Part shown: one piece after another, positions 54,194 to 64,000 of the stretch
Numbering within the stretch: the first letter of the stretch is position 1
Layout of the letters: every line of letters begins with the position of its first letter
Origin: Mycobacteriales bacterium
GTDB taxonomy: Bacteria; Actinomycetota; Actinomycetes; Mycobacteriales; QHCA01
Reading direction: 5' to 3'
NCBI GenBank assembly: GCA_038237645.1
Contig: JBBRYN010000001.1
Span: forward strand, 55,899 to 119,898
DNA length: 64,000 nucleotides
Program-made: the position numbers and the translations under genes
The notes under the pieces: generated by a model
The model's input: only the letters and a program-made list of their open reading frames with translations
What the model was told of the DNA's origin: nothing
Databases searched by the model: none

Positions 54194-55575
54194 TCCCGCT
54201 CAGCCTGCAGGAGACGGCCACACTCACTGGTGGCCGGCTCGCCGATGCCCCGGATCCCGGTGTGCTCGTCACCGGCGGTGTGGTCTTCGACTCCCGGCAG
54301 GCGCGGCCGGGTGATCTGTTCCTGGCGCTGTCGGGTGAGCGGTCCGATGGTCACGATCATGCCGCCGCCGCCGCCGCGGCGGGCGCGGTGGCGGTGCTGG
54401 CCACCCGTCCGGTCGGGCTGCCGGCAATCGTCGTCGACGACGTGCTCGCCGCCCTGTCCGTGCTGGCGCGGGCCGTCCTCGAGCGGCTCCGCGACGTCAC
54501 CGTCGTCGGCGTCACCGGCTCCAGCGGCAAGACGTCCACAAAGGATCTCCTTGCCCAACTGCTGTCGCGGCTCGGCCCCACGGTGGCGCCGCCGAACTCC
54601 TTCAACAACGCCCTCGGTCACCCGTACACGGTCCTGCTGGCGACGCCGGAAACCCGGTACCTGGTGCTGGAGTACAGCGCCCGAGCCCTCGGCCACATCG
54701 CCGCGCTCTGTGCCGTCGCCCGGCCGCACATCGCCGTGGAGCTCAATGTGGGCACCGCGCACATCGGGGAGTTCGGCTCGGCCGAGGTCGTTGCCCTGGC
54801 CAAGGCGGAGCTGGTGACCTGCCTGGGTCCGGACAGCGTTGCCGTGCTCAACGCCGACGATGCGGCGGTGCGGGCCATGGCGCGCTCGACCACCGCGCGG
54901 ATCGTGCTCACCGGTCGCGACGCGGCGGCCGACGTGCGGGCCGAGGACGTCCGGCTGGACGAACGCGGCCGGGCCTCTTACACCCTGCACGCGGCCGGCC
55001 GCCAGGCGCCGGTGCGACTGGCGGTGTTCGGCGAACACGCCGTGGCCAACAGCCTGGCCGCAGCCGCGGTGGCGATCGAGTTGGGCCTGCCGGTGGCGGA
55101 TACGGCGGCTGCGCTCGGGCAGGCACGGGCGGTGAGCCGCTGGCGGATGGAGGTCGCCGAGCGGGCCGACGGCGTGACGGTGGTCAACGACGCCTACAAC
55201 GCCAATCCGGAGTCGATGGCCGCGGCGCTGCAGGCGCTGGCCGCGATGGGCCGTGGCCGGCGCACGTGGGCCGTGCTGGGTGACATGGCTGAGCTGGGCG
55301 ACCGGTCGACCCAGGAACACGAACTGCTCGGCCGGCTGGTCAACGACCGGGGCATCACCCGGCTCGTGGCGGTCGGTCCCCTGGCATCGGCCGTGCATGC
55401 TGGTGCCCTGCAGGCAGGACGGGAAGAAGGGATGTCCGCGCACGTGCCCGATATCGACGCGGCGTTGCGGCTGCTGCACAGCGAAGTCCGACGAGGTGAC
55501 GTGGTCCTGGTCAAGGCTTCCCGAGCGGCGGGTCTGGAGCGGATCGCGCTGGAGTTGCTGCGGGAGGAGGCGTGA
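54190..55575 (+). CDS. murF: UDP-N-acetylmuramoyl-tripeptide--D-alanyl-D-alanine ligase
   Basis: GVTGSSGKTSTKDLL, NNALGHP, DAYNANPESM. The GTG overlaps the murE stop (GTGA). Confidence 0.93.
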   Translation: MIPLSLQETATLTGGRLADAPDPGVLVTGGVVFDSRQARPGDLFLALSGERSDGHDHAAAAAAAGAVAVLATRPVGLPAIVVDDVLAALSVLARAVLERLRDVTVVGVTGSSGKTSTKDLLAQLLSRLGPTVAPPNSFNNALGHPYTVLLATPETRYLVLEYSARALGHIAALCAVARPHIAVELNVGTAHIGEFGSAEVVALAKAELVTCLGPDSVAVLNADDAAVRAMARSTTARIVLTGRDAAADVRAEDVRLDERGRASYTLHAAGRQAPVRLAVFGEHAVANSLAAAAVAIELGLPVADTAAALGQARAVSRWRMEVAERADGVTVVNDAYNANPESMAAALQALAAMGRGRRTWAVLGDMAELGDRSTQEHELLGRLVNDRGITRLVAVGPLASAVHAGALQAGREEGMSAHVPDIDAALRLLHSEVRRGDVVLVKASRAAGLERIALELLREEA

Positions 55576-56645
55576 GGTTCATCCTCGCTGCGGGATTCCT
55601 CAGCTTTCTGATCTCGATCTTCGGTACGCCGTGGGCGATCCGGCTGCTGACCCGTCGCGGGATCGGCCAGGAGATCCGGGCCGACGGCCCGACCAGTCAT
55701 CAGACGAAGCGGGGCACGCCGACCATGGGCGGGCTGGTCATCATCGCCGCCACGGTGCTGGGGTACGTGCTGTCCCACCTGGCACTGGGATTCGGCCCGA
55801 CCGCCAGCGCCGTGCTGCTGCTGGGGCTATTCGTCAGCCTGGGCGCCGTGGGTTTCGTCGACGACTACATCAAGGTGCGCAAGCGGCGCAGCCTCGGCCT
55901 CGACACCAAGGCCAAGCTGATCGCCCAACTCGTGATCGCCGTGCTCTTCGCCCTGCTGGCCCTGCAGTTCAGGGATGCCCGCGGTGTCGCGCCCGCCTCC
56001 ACCCACCTGTCCTTCGCCCGGGACATCTCGTGGCTCCCGCTGGGCGCGGTCGGCTTCGTCATCCTCGCGTACGTCATCGTCACTGCCGCGTCCAACGCCG
56101 TGAACCTCACCGACGGGCTGGATGGCCTGGCGACCGGCACGGCGGTGATGGTGTTCATCGCCTACACGCTGATCGCGTTCTGGCAGTTCCGGCACCAGTG
56201 CACGCCGCTCAATCACGAATTGCCGCCCCACTGCTACGCGATCCGCGACGGTGTCGACCTCGGCATGGTCGCCTTCTCGGCCGCCGGCGCCTGTTTCGGG
56301 TTCCTCTGGTGGAACGGCTCGCCGGCGCGCATCTTCATGGGCGACACCGGTTCGCTGTCCCTCGGTGGGCTGCTCGCCGGTCTGGCCATCCTCACCCGCA
56401 CCGAGACGCTGTTGATCGTCGTCGGCGCCCTGTTCGTGATCATCACGACGTCGGTCATCGTCCAGGTCGCGGTGTTCAAGCTGACCGGGCGCCGGGTCTT
56501 CCGGATGGCGCCGTTGCAGCACCACTTCGAGCTGGCGGGGTGGGGCGAGGTGACGATCGTGATCCGGTTCTGGATCCTCGCCGGGATCGGGGTCGCCGCG
56601 GGACTCGGCCTGTTCTACGCCGACTTCGTCACCGGTCAGCGGTGA
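55572..56645 (+). CDS. mraY: Phospho-N-acetylmuramoyl-pentapeptide transferase
   Basis: KRGTPTMGG, NAVNLTDGLDGLA, MGDTGSLSLGG, APLHHHFE-like APLQHHFELAGW. There is a GTGA overlap with murF. Confidence 0.95.
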   Translation: MRFILAAGFLSFLISIFGTPWAIRLLTRRGIGQEIRADGPTSHQTKRGTPTMGGLVIIAATVLGYVLSHLALGFGPTASAVLLLGLFVSLGAVGFVDDYIKVRKRRSLGLDTKAKLIAQLVIAVLFALLALQFRDARGVAPASTHLSFARDISWLPLGAVGFVILAYVIVTAASNAVNLTDGLDGLATGTAVMVFIAYTLIAFWQFRHQCTPLNHELPPHCYAIRDGVDLGMVAFSAAGACFGFLWWNGSPARIFMGDTGSLSLGGLLAGLAILTRTETLLIVVGALFVIITTSVIVQVAVFKLTGRRVFRMAPLQHHFELAGWGEVTIVIRFWILAGIGVAAGLGLFYADFVTGQR

Positions 56646-58012
56646 CGACCACCGACTACGCCGACCGCCCGATCCTGGTCACGGGAGCGGGGATCGCCGG
56701 GGGAGCGGTGGCCGAGGTCCTTCTGCGGCTCGGCGCCCGGGTCACCGTGGCCGACCGGATGCAATCGGCGCGCACGGAGGCCCTGCAGGCACTCGGTGCC
56801 CGGATCGCCATCGGCCTCACCGAGCTGCCGCCGGGATCCCAGCAGGTGGTGACCTCGCCCGGCTGGCGTCCCGGCCATCCGCTGTTGGTCGACGCGGCAG
56901 CACACGGCGTCGAGGTGATCGGCGACGTGGAGTTTGCCTGGCGCCTGCGGCCCCCGGCTGCCGGCGGCAAGCCCGCGCCCTGGCTGGCCATCACCGGCAC
57001 CAACGGCAAGACCACGACCGTGGAGATGCTGGCCGCCATCCTGCGCGCAGCCGGGCTGCGGGCGATCGCCGCAGGCAACGTGGGGCTGCCGTTGGTGCAG
57101 GCGGTGCTCGACCGGGAGCCCTACGACGTGCTGGCCGTCGAGCTGTCCTCGTTCGAGCTGCACTGGTGCTCGACCATCGTGCCTGCGGCGGCGGCCATCC
57201 TCAACATCGCGCCGGACCACCTGGACTGGCACGGCTCGATGGAGGGTTATGCGGCGGCCAAGCGCAGGATCCTGACACCCAGCACCTTCTACGTCCACAA
57301 CGACGACGACGGCTGGTCGGCGGAGCTGGCCGGTGGCGGCGCGGATGCCGGCTTCACGCTGCACGAACCCGGCCCCGGCCAGCTCGGTGTGGTCGACGGT
57401 GTGCTGGTCGACCAGGCGTTCGGCCACGGGGAGTTCGCCACCGTCGCCGCCCTGCAGGTCACCGGCCGGCACAACGTCGCCAACGCCCTGGCCGCCGCCG
57501 CACTGGCATTCGCCCACGGTGTGCCCGCGAGCGCGGCGTCGGCCGGCCTGGCCGCCTTCCGGGCCGGGCCGCACCGCAACACCCGCGTGGGATCGGTGGC
57601 CGGCGTCGACTACGTCGACGACAGCAAGGCGACCAACCCGCATGCGGCGGCCGCCTCGCTGGCCGCGTACGACCGGGTGGTGTGGATCGCGGGTGGTCTG
57701 CTCAAGGGAGCCGCCGTCGACGACCTGGTGGCGTGGCACGCCGGCCGGCTGGCCGGAGTCGTGCTGATGGGCGCCGACCGGGCGGCGTTCGCCCGGGCGA
57801 TGGCGCGACACGCGCCGGACGTCCCCGTGGTCGAGGTCGACAGGACCGACCATGGAGCCATGGCAGACGTCGTAGGTGCGGCAACCCGGCTCGCCCGGGT
57901 CGGCGATGTCGTGCTGCTCGCTCCGGCGGCCGCGTCGATGGACATGTTCGCCGACTACGCGGCCCGTGGCGCCGCCTTCGCCGAGGCCGTCGGCGCCCTG
58001 GAGGTGGCGTGA
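56642..58012 (+). CDS. murD: UDP-N-acetylmuramoylalanine--D-glutamate ligase
   Basis: ILVTGAGIAGGAVAEVL, ITGTNGKTTTVEML, DDSKATNPHAA. GTG at 56642 overlaps the mraY stop. The track ORF beginning at 55253 is a wrong extension. Confidence 0.93.
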   Translation: MTTTDYADRPILVTGAGIAGGAVAEVLLRLGARVTVADRMQSARTEALQALGARIAIGLTELPPGSQQVVTSPGWRPGHPLLVDAAAHGVEVIGDVEFAWRLRPPAAGGKPAPWLAITGTNGKTTTVEMLAAILRAAGLRAIAAGNVGLPLVQAVLDREPYDVLAVELSSFELHWCSTIVPAAAAILNIAPDHLDWHGSMEGYAAAKRRILTPSTFYVHNDDDGWSAELAGGGADAGFTLHEPGPGQLGVVDGVLVDQAFGHGEFATVAALQVTGRHNVANALAAAALAFAHGVPASAASAGLAAFRAGPHRNTRVGSVAGVDYVDDSKATNPHAAAASLAAYDRVVWIAGGLLKGAAVDDLVAWHAGRLAGVVLMGADRAAFARAMARHAPDVPVVEVDRTDHGAMADVVGAATRLARVGDVVLLAPAAASMDMFADYAARGAAFAEAVGALEVA

Positions 58013-59298
58013 GCGCCCCGACGGCCACCCGCCGGCCCACCGCACCGACCCGCGACCGCCGCACCGGAGACTCGGCTGCGGGCGGCCGCTGGCTCGATCG
58101 ACCGCTCGCTTCCTACTACCTGCTGCTGGGCAGCGCCGGCCTGCTTCTGCTGCTCGGCCTGGTCATGGTCCTGTCCGCGTCGAGCGTCAAGTCCTATGTC
58201 TCGACCGGCACGCCGTACGACATCTTCCGCCGGCAACTGGTGTGGGTCGCCCTGGGCCTGCCGGCGCTCTGGCTGGGGCTGCGACTGCGACTGCACACCT
58301 ATCGGATGCTGGCCTACCCGACGCTGCTGGTCTCCGTCATCCTGATGGTGCTGGTCCTGGTCCCCGGAGTCGGCGTGTCCGTCCCCGGCTCGACCCGGTG
58401 GCTCGACCTCGGCCCGTTGTGGTTGCAGCCATCGGAGCTGGCCAAGCTGGGTCTGGTCCTCTGGGGAGCTGACCTGCTGGTGCGCAAGCGGTCATTGCTC
58501 ACCCAGTGGAAGCACCTGATGATCCCGCTGCTCCCGGTCGCGACGCTGGACTTCGTCCTGGTGATGCTCGAGCCCGACCTCGGCACCACGTTGTGCATGA
58601 TCCTGGTGGTGCTGTCGTTGTTGTTCTTCGTCGGTGCCCCGCTGCGGATGTTCGGCCTGCTGTGCTCGGCCGTGGTGGGGCTCGTCGTCGTCGTCATCGT
58701 CGTCGAGCCCTACCGGATGGCCCGGGTGACCTCCTTCCTGCACCCCTTCGACGACCCGCAGCACACCGGCTTCCAGGCGGTGCAGGGCATCTACTCCCTG
58801 TCCTCAGGCGGCTGGTGGGGGGTCGGCCTGGGTGGGAGCAGCGGCAAGTGGAACGTGCCCAATGCCTACACCGACTACATCTTCGCGATCATCGGCGAGG
58901 AGCTCGGGCTGATGGGCGCGCTGCTCGTGCTCGTGCTCTTCGGGGTGTTCGCCTACGCCGGGCTGCGAATCGCCCGTCGCAGCACCGACCAGTTCGCCCG
59001 GCTGGTCGCCGGATCGGTGACTGCGTGGCTCACCGGGCAGGCGATCATCAACGTCGGGTACGTCGTGGGCCTGCTGCCGGTGACCGGCATCCCGCTGCCG
59101 CTCATCTCCTTCGGCGGCACTTCGCTGGTGTTGACGATGTTCGTGGTCGGGATGCTCGCCTCGTTCGCCCGGGCCGAGCCGCAGGCGGCGGCCGCCATTG
59201 CCGAACGCGGCCCGACCCGGTGGTCGCGGCTGTTGCGGCTGCCCGCGCCGGAGGTTGCCCTGCGCCGCGTGCCCTCGCCCCGGCGCGCGCGCCGGTGA
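58009..59298 (+). CDS. ftsW: Lipid II flippase / SEDS peptidoglycan polymerase FtsW
   Basis: 10-TM protein with [22 protein letters not shown] and [12 protein letters not shown] at 58009 overlaps the murD stop. Confidence 0.92.
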   Translation: MSAPTATRRPTAPTRDRRTGDSAAGGRWLDRPLASYYLLLGSAGLLLLLGLVMVLSASSVKSYVSTGTPYDIFRRQLVWVALGLPALWLGLRLRLHTYRMLAYPTLLVSVILMVLVLVPGVGVSVPGSTRWLDLGPLWLQPSELAKLGLVLWGADLLVRKRSLLTQWKHLMIPLLPVATLDFVLVMLEPDLGTTLCMILVVLSLLFFVGAPLRMFGLLCSAVVGLVVVVIVVEPYRMARVTSFLHPFDDPQHTGFQAVQGIYSLSSGGWWGVGLGGSSGKWNVPNAYTDYIFAIIGEELGLMGALLVLVLFGVFAYAGLRIARRSTDQFARLVAGSVTAWLTGQAIINVGYVVGLLPVTGIPLPLISFGGTSLVLTMFVVGMLASFARAEPQAAAAIAERGPTRWSRLLRLPAPEVALRRVPSPRRARR

Positions 59299-60386
59299 GC
59301 CCGCTGCGCTCCGTCGTGGTGGCTGGCGGCGGGTCGGCCGGCGACATCGAGCCGGCTCTGGCCCTCGCCGACGCCCTGCGGCGCAGCGACCCCGAGATAC
59401 GCATCACCGCACTCGGGACGAGGCGGGGGCTCGAGACGCGGCTGGTGCCGGCGCGCGGATATGACCTGCGGCTGGTGCCGGCGGTGCCCCTGCCGCGCCG
59501 GCCCACGCCGGCCCTGTTGCGGCTGCCGGACCGGGTGGCGGCCGCGGTCCAGGCGGTCCGGGCGGTGCTGGACGAGGTGGCCGCCGACGTCGTGGTGGGC
59601 TTCGGTGGCTACGTCGCCCTGCCGGCCTACCTGGCGGCGCGCCGCCGGCGGACCCCGATCGTTGTCAACGAGATCAACCGGCGACCCGGGCTGGCCAACC
59701 GCATCGGCGCCCGCCTCACCCGGTTCGTCGGTCTCGGCACGGAGTCGATCCCGCTGCCGCACGGCCGGGTCGTCGGCGTTCCGCTGCGCGCGGCACTCGC
59801 CGGCCTCGACCGTGCGGCTGCCAGGGATGCGGCCCGAGCGCACTTCGGCCTGGCCCTTGACGTCCCGTGCCTGCTCGTCAGCGGAGGGTCGCAAGGGGCG
59901 CGGTCGCTCAACCGGGCCGCCACTGCCGCGGCGGCGGACCTCGCGCGCGCCGACGTGCAGGTGCTGCACGTCACCGGGCCGAAGAACACCGTAGAGGTGC
60001 CCACCACCGGCGGGCAGCCGCCGTACGTCGTCGTGCCCTATGTCGACCGGATGGAGCTGGCCTATGCCGCGGCTGACCTGGCGCTGTGCCGGGCGGGTGC
60101 GATGACGGTCGCCGAGCTGACCGCGGTGGGCCTGCCCGGCGCCTACGTACCCCTGCCGCACGGCAACGGCGAGCAGCGGCTCAACGCGCTGCCGGTCGTC
60201 GCGGCGGGCGGCGGCCTGCTGGTCGACAACGCCGACCTCGACCCGGTCTGGATCCGTGACAGGCTGCTGCCCGTGCTGACCGATCCAGCCGAGCTGTCCC
60301 GGATGAGCACTGCTGCCGCCGGGGTGGGCCGGCGCGACGGGGATGTGGCGCTGGCCGAGCTCGTCCGCGAAGCGGCCGGCCCATGA
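59295..60386 (+). CDS. murG: UDP-N-acetylglucosamine--N-acetylmuramyl-(pentapeptide) pyrophosphoryl-undecaprenol N-acetylglucosamine transferase
   Basis: [45 protein letters not shown] at 59295 overlaps the ftsW stop. Confidence 0.92.
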   Translation: MSPLRSVVVAGGGSAGDIEPALALADALRRSDPEIRITALGTRRGLETRLVPARGYDLRLVPAVPLPRRPTPALLRLPDRVAAAVQAVRAVLDEVAADVVVGFGGYVALPAYLAARRRRTPIVVNEINRRPGLANRIGARLTRFVGLGTESIPLPHGRVVGVPLRAALAGLDRAAARDAARAHFGLALDVPCLLVSGGSQGARSLNRAATAAAADLARADVQVLHVTGPKNTVEVPTTGGQPPYVVVPYVDRMELAYAAADLALCRAGAMTVAELTAVGLPGAYVPLPHGNGEQRLNALPVVAAGGGLLVDNADLDPVWIRDRLLPVLTDPAELSRMSTAAAGVGRRDGDVALAELVREAAGP

Positions 60387-61804
60387 CCGCGCCGCAATCG
60401 GCCGCGCCGGTCCTGCGCGCCGAAGATCTCGGCCGGGTGCACCTCGTCGGCGTCGGCGGCGCGGGGATGAGCGGCATCGCCCGGATCATGCTCGCCCGCG
60501 GCATCGGGGTCTCCGGCAGCGACGCCCGTGATTCCACCGCCTTGAGCGCGCTGCGGGCGGTGGGCGCCACCGTATGGGTGGGGCACGCCGCCGAGCACGT
60601 GGAGTCGGCGGACACGGTCGTCTTCTCCTCCGCGATCCGCGCGGACAACACCGAGTTGGCCGAAGGGCGCCGGCGCGGGCTCCGGGTGCTGCCGAGAGCT
60701 GCCGCCCTGGCAGCGCTGATGGCCGGCCGGCAGGGGATCGCCGTGGCCGGAACGCACGGCAAGACCACCACGACGTCGATGCTGACCGTGGCACTGCAGC
60801 ACTGTGGCACCGATCCCTCCTTCGCCATCGGCGGCGACCTCAACGAGGCCGGGTCGAATGCCCACCACGGCACCGGCTCGCTGTTCGTCGCCGAGGCCGA
60901 CGAGAGCGACGGGTCGTTCCTTCTGCTGTCGCCCCAGGCGGCCATCGTGACCAATGTCGAGGCGGATCACCTGGACTTCCACCGGACGGTCGAGGCCTAC
61001 GTCGCGGCGTTCGAGGAATTCGCCGCACGGCTGGCCCCGGACGGCTTCCTGGTCGCCTGTGCCGACGACGCCGGGTCCGCCGCGCTGGTCGCACATGCAC
61101 GGGCACAGGGTATTCGGGCCTACACCTACGGTTCGGCGGGTGACGCCGACCTGCGACTGGAGGAGGTGCGGACCCGGCCGAGCGGCACGTCCTACACCGC
61201 CGTGGCGGACCAGAAGCCGTTGGGCCAGGTGCGGTTGGTCGTGCCCGGCCGCCACTTGGCGCTGAACTCCGCCGCGGCCCTGTTGACCGGCGTCCGGCTG
61301 GGCCAGCCGGCCGGCCTGCTGCGTGAGGGGCTCGCTTCTTACACCGGCGTGCGCCGCCGCTTCGAGTTCAAGGGCACCGCCGGGGGAGTGCGGGTGTTCG
61401 ACGACTACGCGCACCACCCCACCGAGGTCGCCGCCCAGTTGCGGACCGCCCGGGAGGTGGTCGGCGACGGGCGGCTGATCGTGGCGTTCCAGCCGCATCT
61501 GTACAGCCGCACGCAAACCTTCGCCCGGGAGTTCGGGGTCGCCCTGGGGCTTGCCGACGAGGTGGTCGTGATGGACGTGTACGGCGCCCGCGAAGACCCG
61601 GTGCCAGGTGTCACCGGATCGCTGGTCGCCGTCCACGTGCCCCTGCCCCCGGCCCGCGTGCAGGTGCAGCCCTCGTGGTCCGCGGTTGCCGGCGACGTCG
61701 TCGGTCGCACCCGGCCGGGTGACCTCGTGGTGACGATGGGTGCCGGCGACGTGACCATGATCGGCCCGGAGGTGCTCGACCTGCTCGAGCAGCGGTCGTC
61801 GTGA
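60383..61804 (+). CDS. murC: UDP-N-acetylmuramate--L-alanine ligase
   Basis: [40 protein letters not shown]. There is an ATGA overlap with murG. Confidence 0.95.
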   Translation: MTAPQSAAPVLRAEDLGRVHLVGVGGAGMSGIARIMLARGIGVSGSDARDSTALSALRAVGATVWVGHAAEHVESADTVVFSSAIRADNTELAEGRRRGLRVLPRAAALAALMAGRQGIAVAGTHGKTTTTSMLTVALQHCGTDPSFAIGGDLNEAGSNAHHGTGSLFVAEADESDGSFLLLSPQAAIVTNVEADHLDFHRTVEAYVAAFEEFAARLAPDGFLVACADDAGSAALVAHARAQGIRAYTYGSAGDADLRLEEVRTRPSGTSYTAVADQKPLGQVRLVVPGRHLALNSAAALLTGVRLGQPAGLLREGLASYTGVRRRFEFKGTAGGVRVFDDYAHHPTEVAAQLRTAREVVGDGRLIVAFQPHLYSRTQTFAREFGVALGLADEVVVMDVYGAREDPVPGVTGSLVAVHVPLPPARVQVQPSWSAVAGDVVGRTRPGDLVVTMGAGDVTMIGPEVLDLLEQRSS

Positions 61805-62532
61805 CGGCGACCCTGTCGCAGGTCTCGGCCCGTCGCTTCCGGTCCGCGGCGTGGAAGCGACGTTGGCGCAGTGGCCGGCTCCTGCTCATCGTGCTGGCGG
61901 TGGTGACGTGCCTCGGCGGCTTGGGCTACCTGGCGCTCGGCACCGATCTGCTGGTCGTCAAGACCGTCCGGGTGAGCGGCAACCAGCAGGACTCGACCCA
62001 GGCGATCCTGAGGGCGGCGCAGGTGCCCGTCGGGACGCCGCTGCTGCTGCTGGACGGGGCAGCGATCCGGCAGCGGGTGCTCGCAGCGGAGCCCGACGTC
62101 GCCTCGGTCGACGTGATGCGGTCCTGGCCGTCGTCGGTGCGCCTCGACGTCCGCGAGCGGGTCGCCTTCGCCGCCGCTCCCAGCGTGGGCGGGTTCGTGC
62201 TGATCGATCGCTCCGGACTGCCGTTCCGGCACGTGACGGTGCCGCCCGCCGGTGTGGCGGTAGTCGAGGTCGCGCATCCTGGTGCGGCAGACGCCGCGAC
62301 TCGCGCCGCGCTGGCGGTGTTACGGCGGCTGCCTGCCGACCTCCGTGCGCTCCTGGTTGCGGCAGCGGCGCCGACGGCCGAGCAGGTGACGCTGCGGCTG
62401 CGCGGTGGCCGGGACGTGCTGTGGGGAGGCGCCGACGACGGTGCCGTCAAGGTGGCGGTCGTCCGGGTCCTGCTGAAACGGCCCGGCCGGCACCTCGACG
62501 TCAGCTCGCCCGGCCTGGTGACGATCCGCTGA
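61801..62532 (+). CDS. ftsQ: Cell division protein FtsQ (POTRA domain)
   Basis: TM segment LLLIVLAVVTCLGGLGYLAL followed by POTRA-like VKTVRVSGNQQDSTQAILRAAQVPVGTPLLLLD. There is a GTGA overlap with murC. Confidence 0.88.
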   Translation: MTATLSQVSARRFRSAAWKRRWRSGRLLLIVLAVVTCLGGLGYLALGTDLLVVKTVRVSGNQQDSTQAILRAAQVPVGTPLLLLDGAAIRQRVLAAEPDVASVDVMRSWPSSVRLDVRERVAFAAAPSVGGFVLIDRSGLPFRHVTVPPAGVAVVEVAHPGAADAATRAALAVLRRLPADLRALLVAAAAPTAEQVTLRLRGGRDVLWGGADDGAVKVAVVRVLLKRPGRHLDVSSPGLVTIR

Positions 62533-62993
62533 TGCCGGCACAGTTTGATCCGGGGCAAGCCCATGACGTCGAGTCGGCGGACGGGCCGGAGTGGGATCGG
62601 CTGACGATCGCCGAACCGGGGCCGCAGCATTGCGCGTGCTCGCCGCCTGCGATCTCGTTGCGGCACTGCAATACATGCGCCGGACGGTGCGGTCCGCACC
62701 CCCGGCGATCGTCGAACGCGATGATCGAAGTCCTTGCTGTGGACCATCCGATTTCCCCGAAGGTGGAAGCCGAGCTTCTCGCCGATCTCCGTGCTCGGGT
62801 GTGGCCGCCGGGTGAATCGTACGAATACCGCCTCGCCGACCTGTTGTTCCGGCAATACCCGACCCTGCGGCCGGACGCCACCCCCACCTCATGTCGGCGA
62901 AGAACTCCGCTGCGGCAAGGGGATCGGCAGCCGTCGCACGCGCCCGGCGGCGGGCCACAACTTCTCGGTTCGTCCGACACGCCGCGGACGTGA
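62532..62993 (+). CDS. Candidate lineage-specific 153-aa ORF (or decayed gene) coupled to ftsQ in the ftsQ-ftsZ spacer
   Basis: ATG at 62532 shares 1 nt with the ftsQ TGA (TGATG). The ORF is hidden in the track inside the 61851-62993 ORF. It encodes a Cys/His-rich stretch (HCACSPPAISLRHCNTCAGRCGPH) and a plausible segment (MIEVLAVDHPISPKVEAELLADLRARVW), but the tail is Arg/Pro-rich and G+C is lower than in neighbouring genes. Confidence 0.3.
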   Translation: MPAQFDPGQAHDVESADGPEWDRLTIAEPGPQHCACSPPAISLRHCNTCAGRCGPHPRRSSNAMIEVLAVDHPISPKVEAELLADLRARVWPPGESYEYRLADLLFRQYPTLRPDATPTSCRRRTPLRQGDRQPSHAPGGGPQLLGSSDTPRT

Positions 62994-63117
62994 TTGACCT
63001 CGGTGCCAGCCGCACATAGCGTCCAGCCATCGGCCAGGTTGACATAACTATAAGCCTCTACCTGAGGGTAAGGGTAGCCGAGCCCCATCCACCACCACAC
63101 GGAAGGCCCATTCCGAA

Positions 63118-64000
63118 ATGACTCCTCCGCACAACTACCTCGCGGTGATCAAGGTCGTCGGAATCGGCGGCGGCGGCGTCAACGCCGTCAACCGGATGAT
63201 CGAGGTCGGGCTCAAGGGCGTCGAGTTCATCGCGATCAACACCGACGCCCAGGCCCTGCTCATGAGCGACGCCGACGTGAAGCTCGACATCGGCCGTGAG
63301 CTCACCCGTGGGCTCGGCGCCGGTGCGAATCCCGACGTCGGCAAGCAGGCGGCCGAGGACCATCGCGACGAGATCGAGGAGGTGCTCAAGGGCGCCGACA
63401 TGGTCTTCGTGACCGCCGGCGAGGGTGGCGGCACCGGCACCGGAGGCGCCCCGATCGTGGCCAGCATGGCCCGCAAGTTGGGGGCCCTGACCATCGGTGT
63501 GGTCACCCGGCCGTTCTCCTTCGAGGGCAAGCGCCGGGCCACCCAGGCCGAGTTGGGCATCGAGCACCTGCGTGACGAATGCGACACGCTGATCGTCATC
63601 CCCAACGACCGGCTGCTGCAGATCGGTGACAAGCACGTCAGCGTCATGGACGCCTTCAAGACCGCCGATCAGGTGCTGCTCTCCGGTGTCCAGGGGATCA
63701 CCGACCTGATCACCACGCCAGGCCTGATCAACCTCGACTTCGCCGACGTCAAGTCGGTGATGGCCGGGGCCGGGTCGGCCCTGATGGGCATCGGTAGTGC
63801 CCGAGGTGCCGACCGTGCCGTCTCGGCGGCAGAGACCGCGATCGCGAGCCCGTTGCTCGAGGCATCCATGGAGGGTGCGCACGGTGTCCTGCTGTCCATC
63901 TCCGGTGGATCCGATCTCGGGCTGTTCGAGATCAACGAGGCAGCCTCGCTCGTCGCCGACGCGGCACATCCCGATGCCAACATCATCTTCGGTGCCGTGA
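63118..64000 (+). CDS. ftsZ: Cell division GTPase FtsZ (N-terminal 294 codons; truncated by the window edge)
   Basis: Not in the track because it has no stop in the window. Hand translation from ATG 63118 gives [27 protein letters not shown]...[19 protein letters not shown]...NDRLL...NLDFADV. Confidence 0.95.
   Translation, partial: MTPPHNYLAVIKVVGIGGGGVNAVNRMIEVGLKGVEFIAINTDAQALLMSDADVKLDIGRELTRGLGAGANPDVGKQAAEDHRDEIEEVLKGADMVFVTAGEGGGTGTGGAPIVASMARKLGALTIGVVTRPFSFEGKRRATQAELGIEHLRDECDTLIVIPNDRLLQIGDKHVSVMDAFKTADQVLLSGVQGITDLITTPGLINLDFADVKSVMAGAGSALMGIGSARGADRAVSAAETAIASPLLEASMEGAHGVLLSISGGSDLGLFEINEAASLVADAAHPDANIIFGAV

Noticed and set aside
63039-63044. Consensus -35 hexamer TTGACA upstream of ftsZ as a promoter.
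   Set aside because: No acceptable TANNNT -10 element lies 16-19 nt downstream (the sequence there is CTGAGG/TGAGGG). The TTGACC...TAGCGT pair at 62993-63022 is a better, though still unproven, candidate.

Overview
High-GC actinobacterial chromosome (G+C roughly 70% or more by eye, not computed). Gene order follows the M. tuberculosis Rv2179c-to-Rv2150c region. I support about 58 CDS and no rRNA, tRNA, CRISPR array or transposase. Many long ORFs in the track are wrong-frame shadows or carry false N-terminal extensions, so starts were re-derived by hand.

Gene content, left to right:
- cAMP module (cyclase-ATPase regulator, Crp/Fnr), glpK, an Rv2179c-like exoribonuclease and pfkA.
- Two DAHP synthases of different classes flanking ltaE, then a PASTA Ser/Thr kinase, two Gfo/Idh/MocA oxidoreductases and flotillin/NfeD.
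- Split carotenoid gene set. The core is crtYc-crtYd and crtE-crtI-(GT-C mannosyltransferase)-crtB. The tailoring operon is crtA-like-GNAT-cruF-GT2-crtD.
- metF, then a lower-GC pair (Ser-less resolvase-like protein and XRE-TPR regulator), followed by a GNAT and a family-A DNA polymerase.
- A DUF6504 / HEPN-like / DnaE2 operon behind an SOS box, then a methyltransferase and dinB.
- DUF3040, the MoxR-DUF58-TgpA triad, and the complete dcw cluster (mraZ to ftsZ, the last truncated by the window edge).

Most notable non-genic signals:
- A perfect LexA box plus a RecA-NDp-like promoter upstream of the dnaE2 operon.
- Two arrays of a 49-bp MIRU-like repeat filling the mraZ-rsmH spacer.
- Four 10-bp-phased GTGGAG boxes upstream of mraZ.
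- A perfect 23-bp palindrome at 6064-6112.
- Several perfect short tandem duplications, both in-frame and at a gene junction.
- An unusually long, lower-GC ftsQ-ftsZ spacer with a coupled ORF.

Start/stop overlaps of the GTGA or ATGA type link most operon neighbours.
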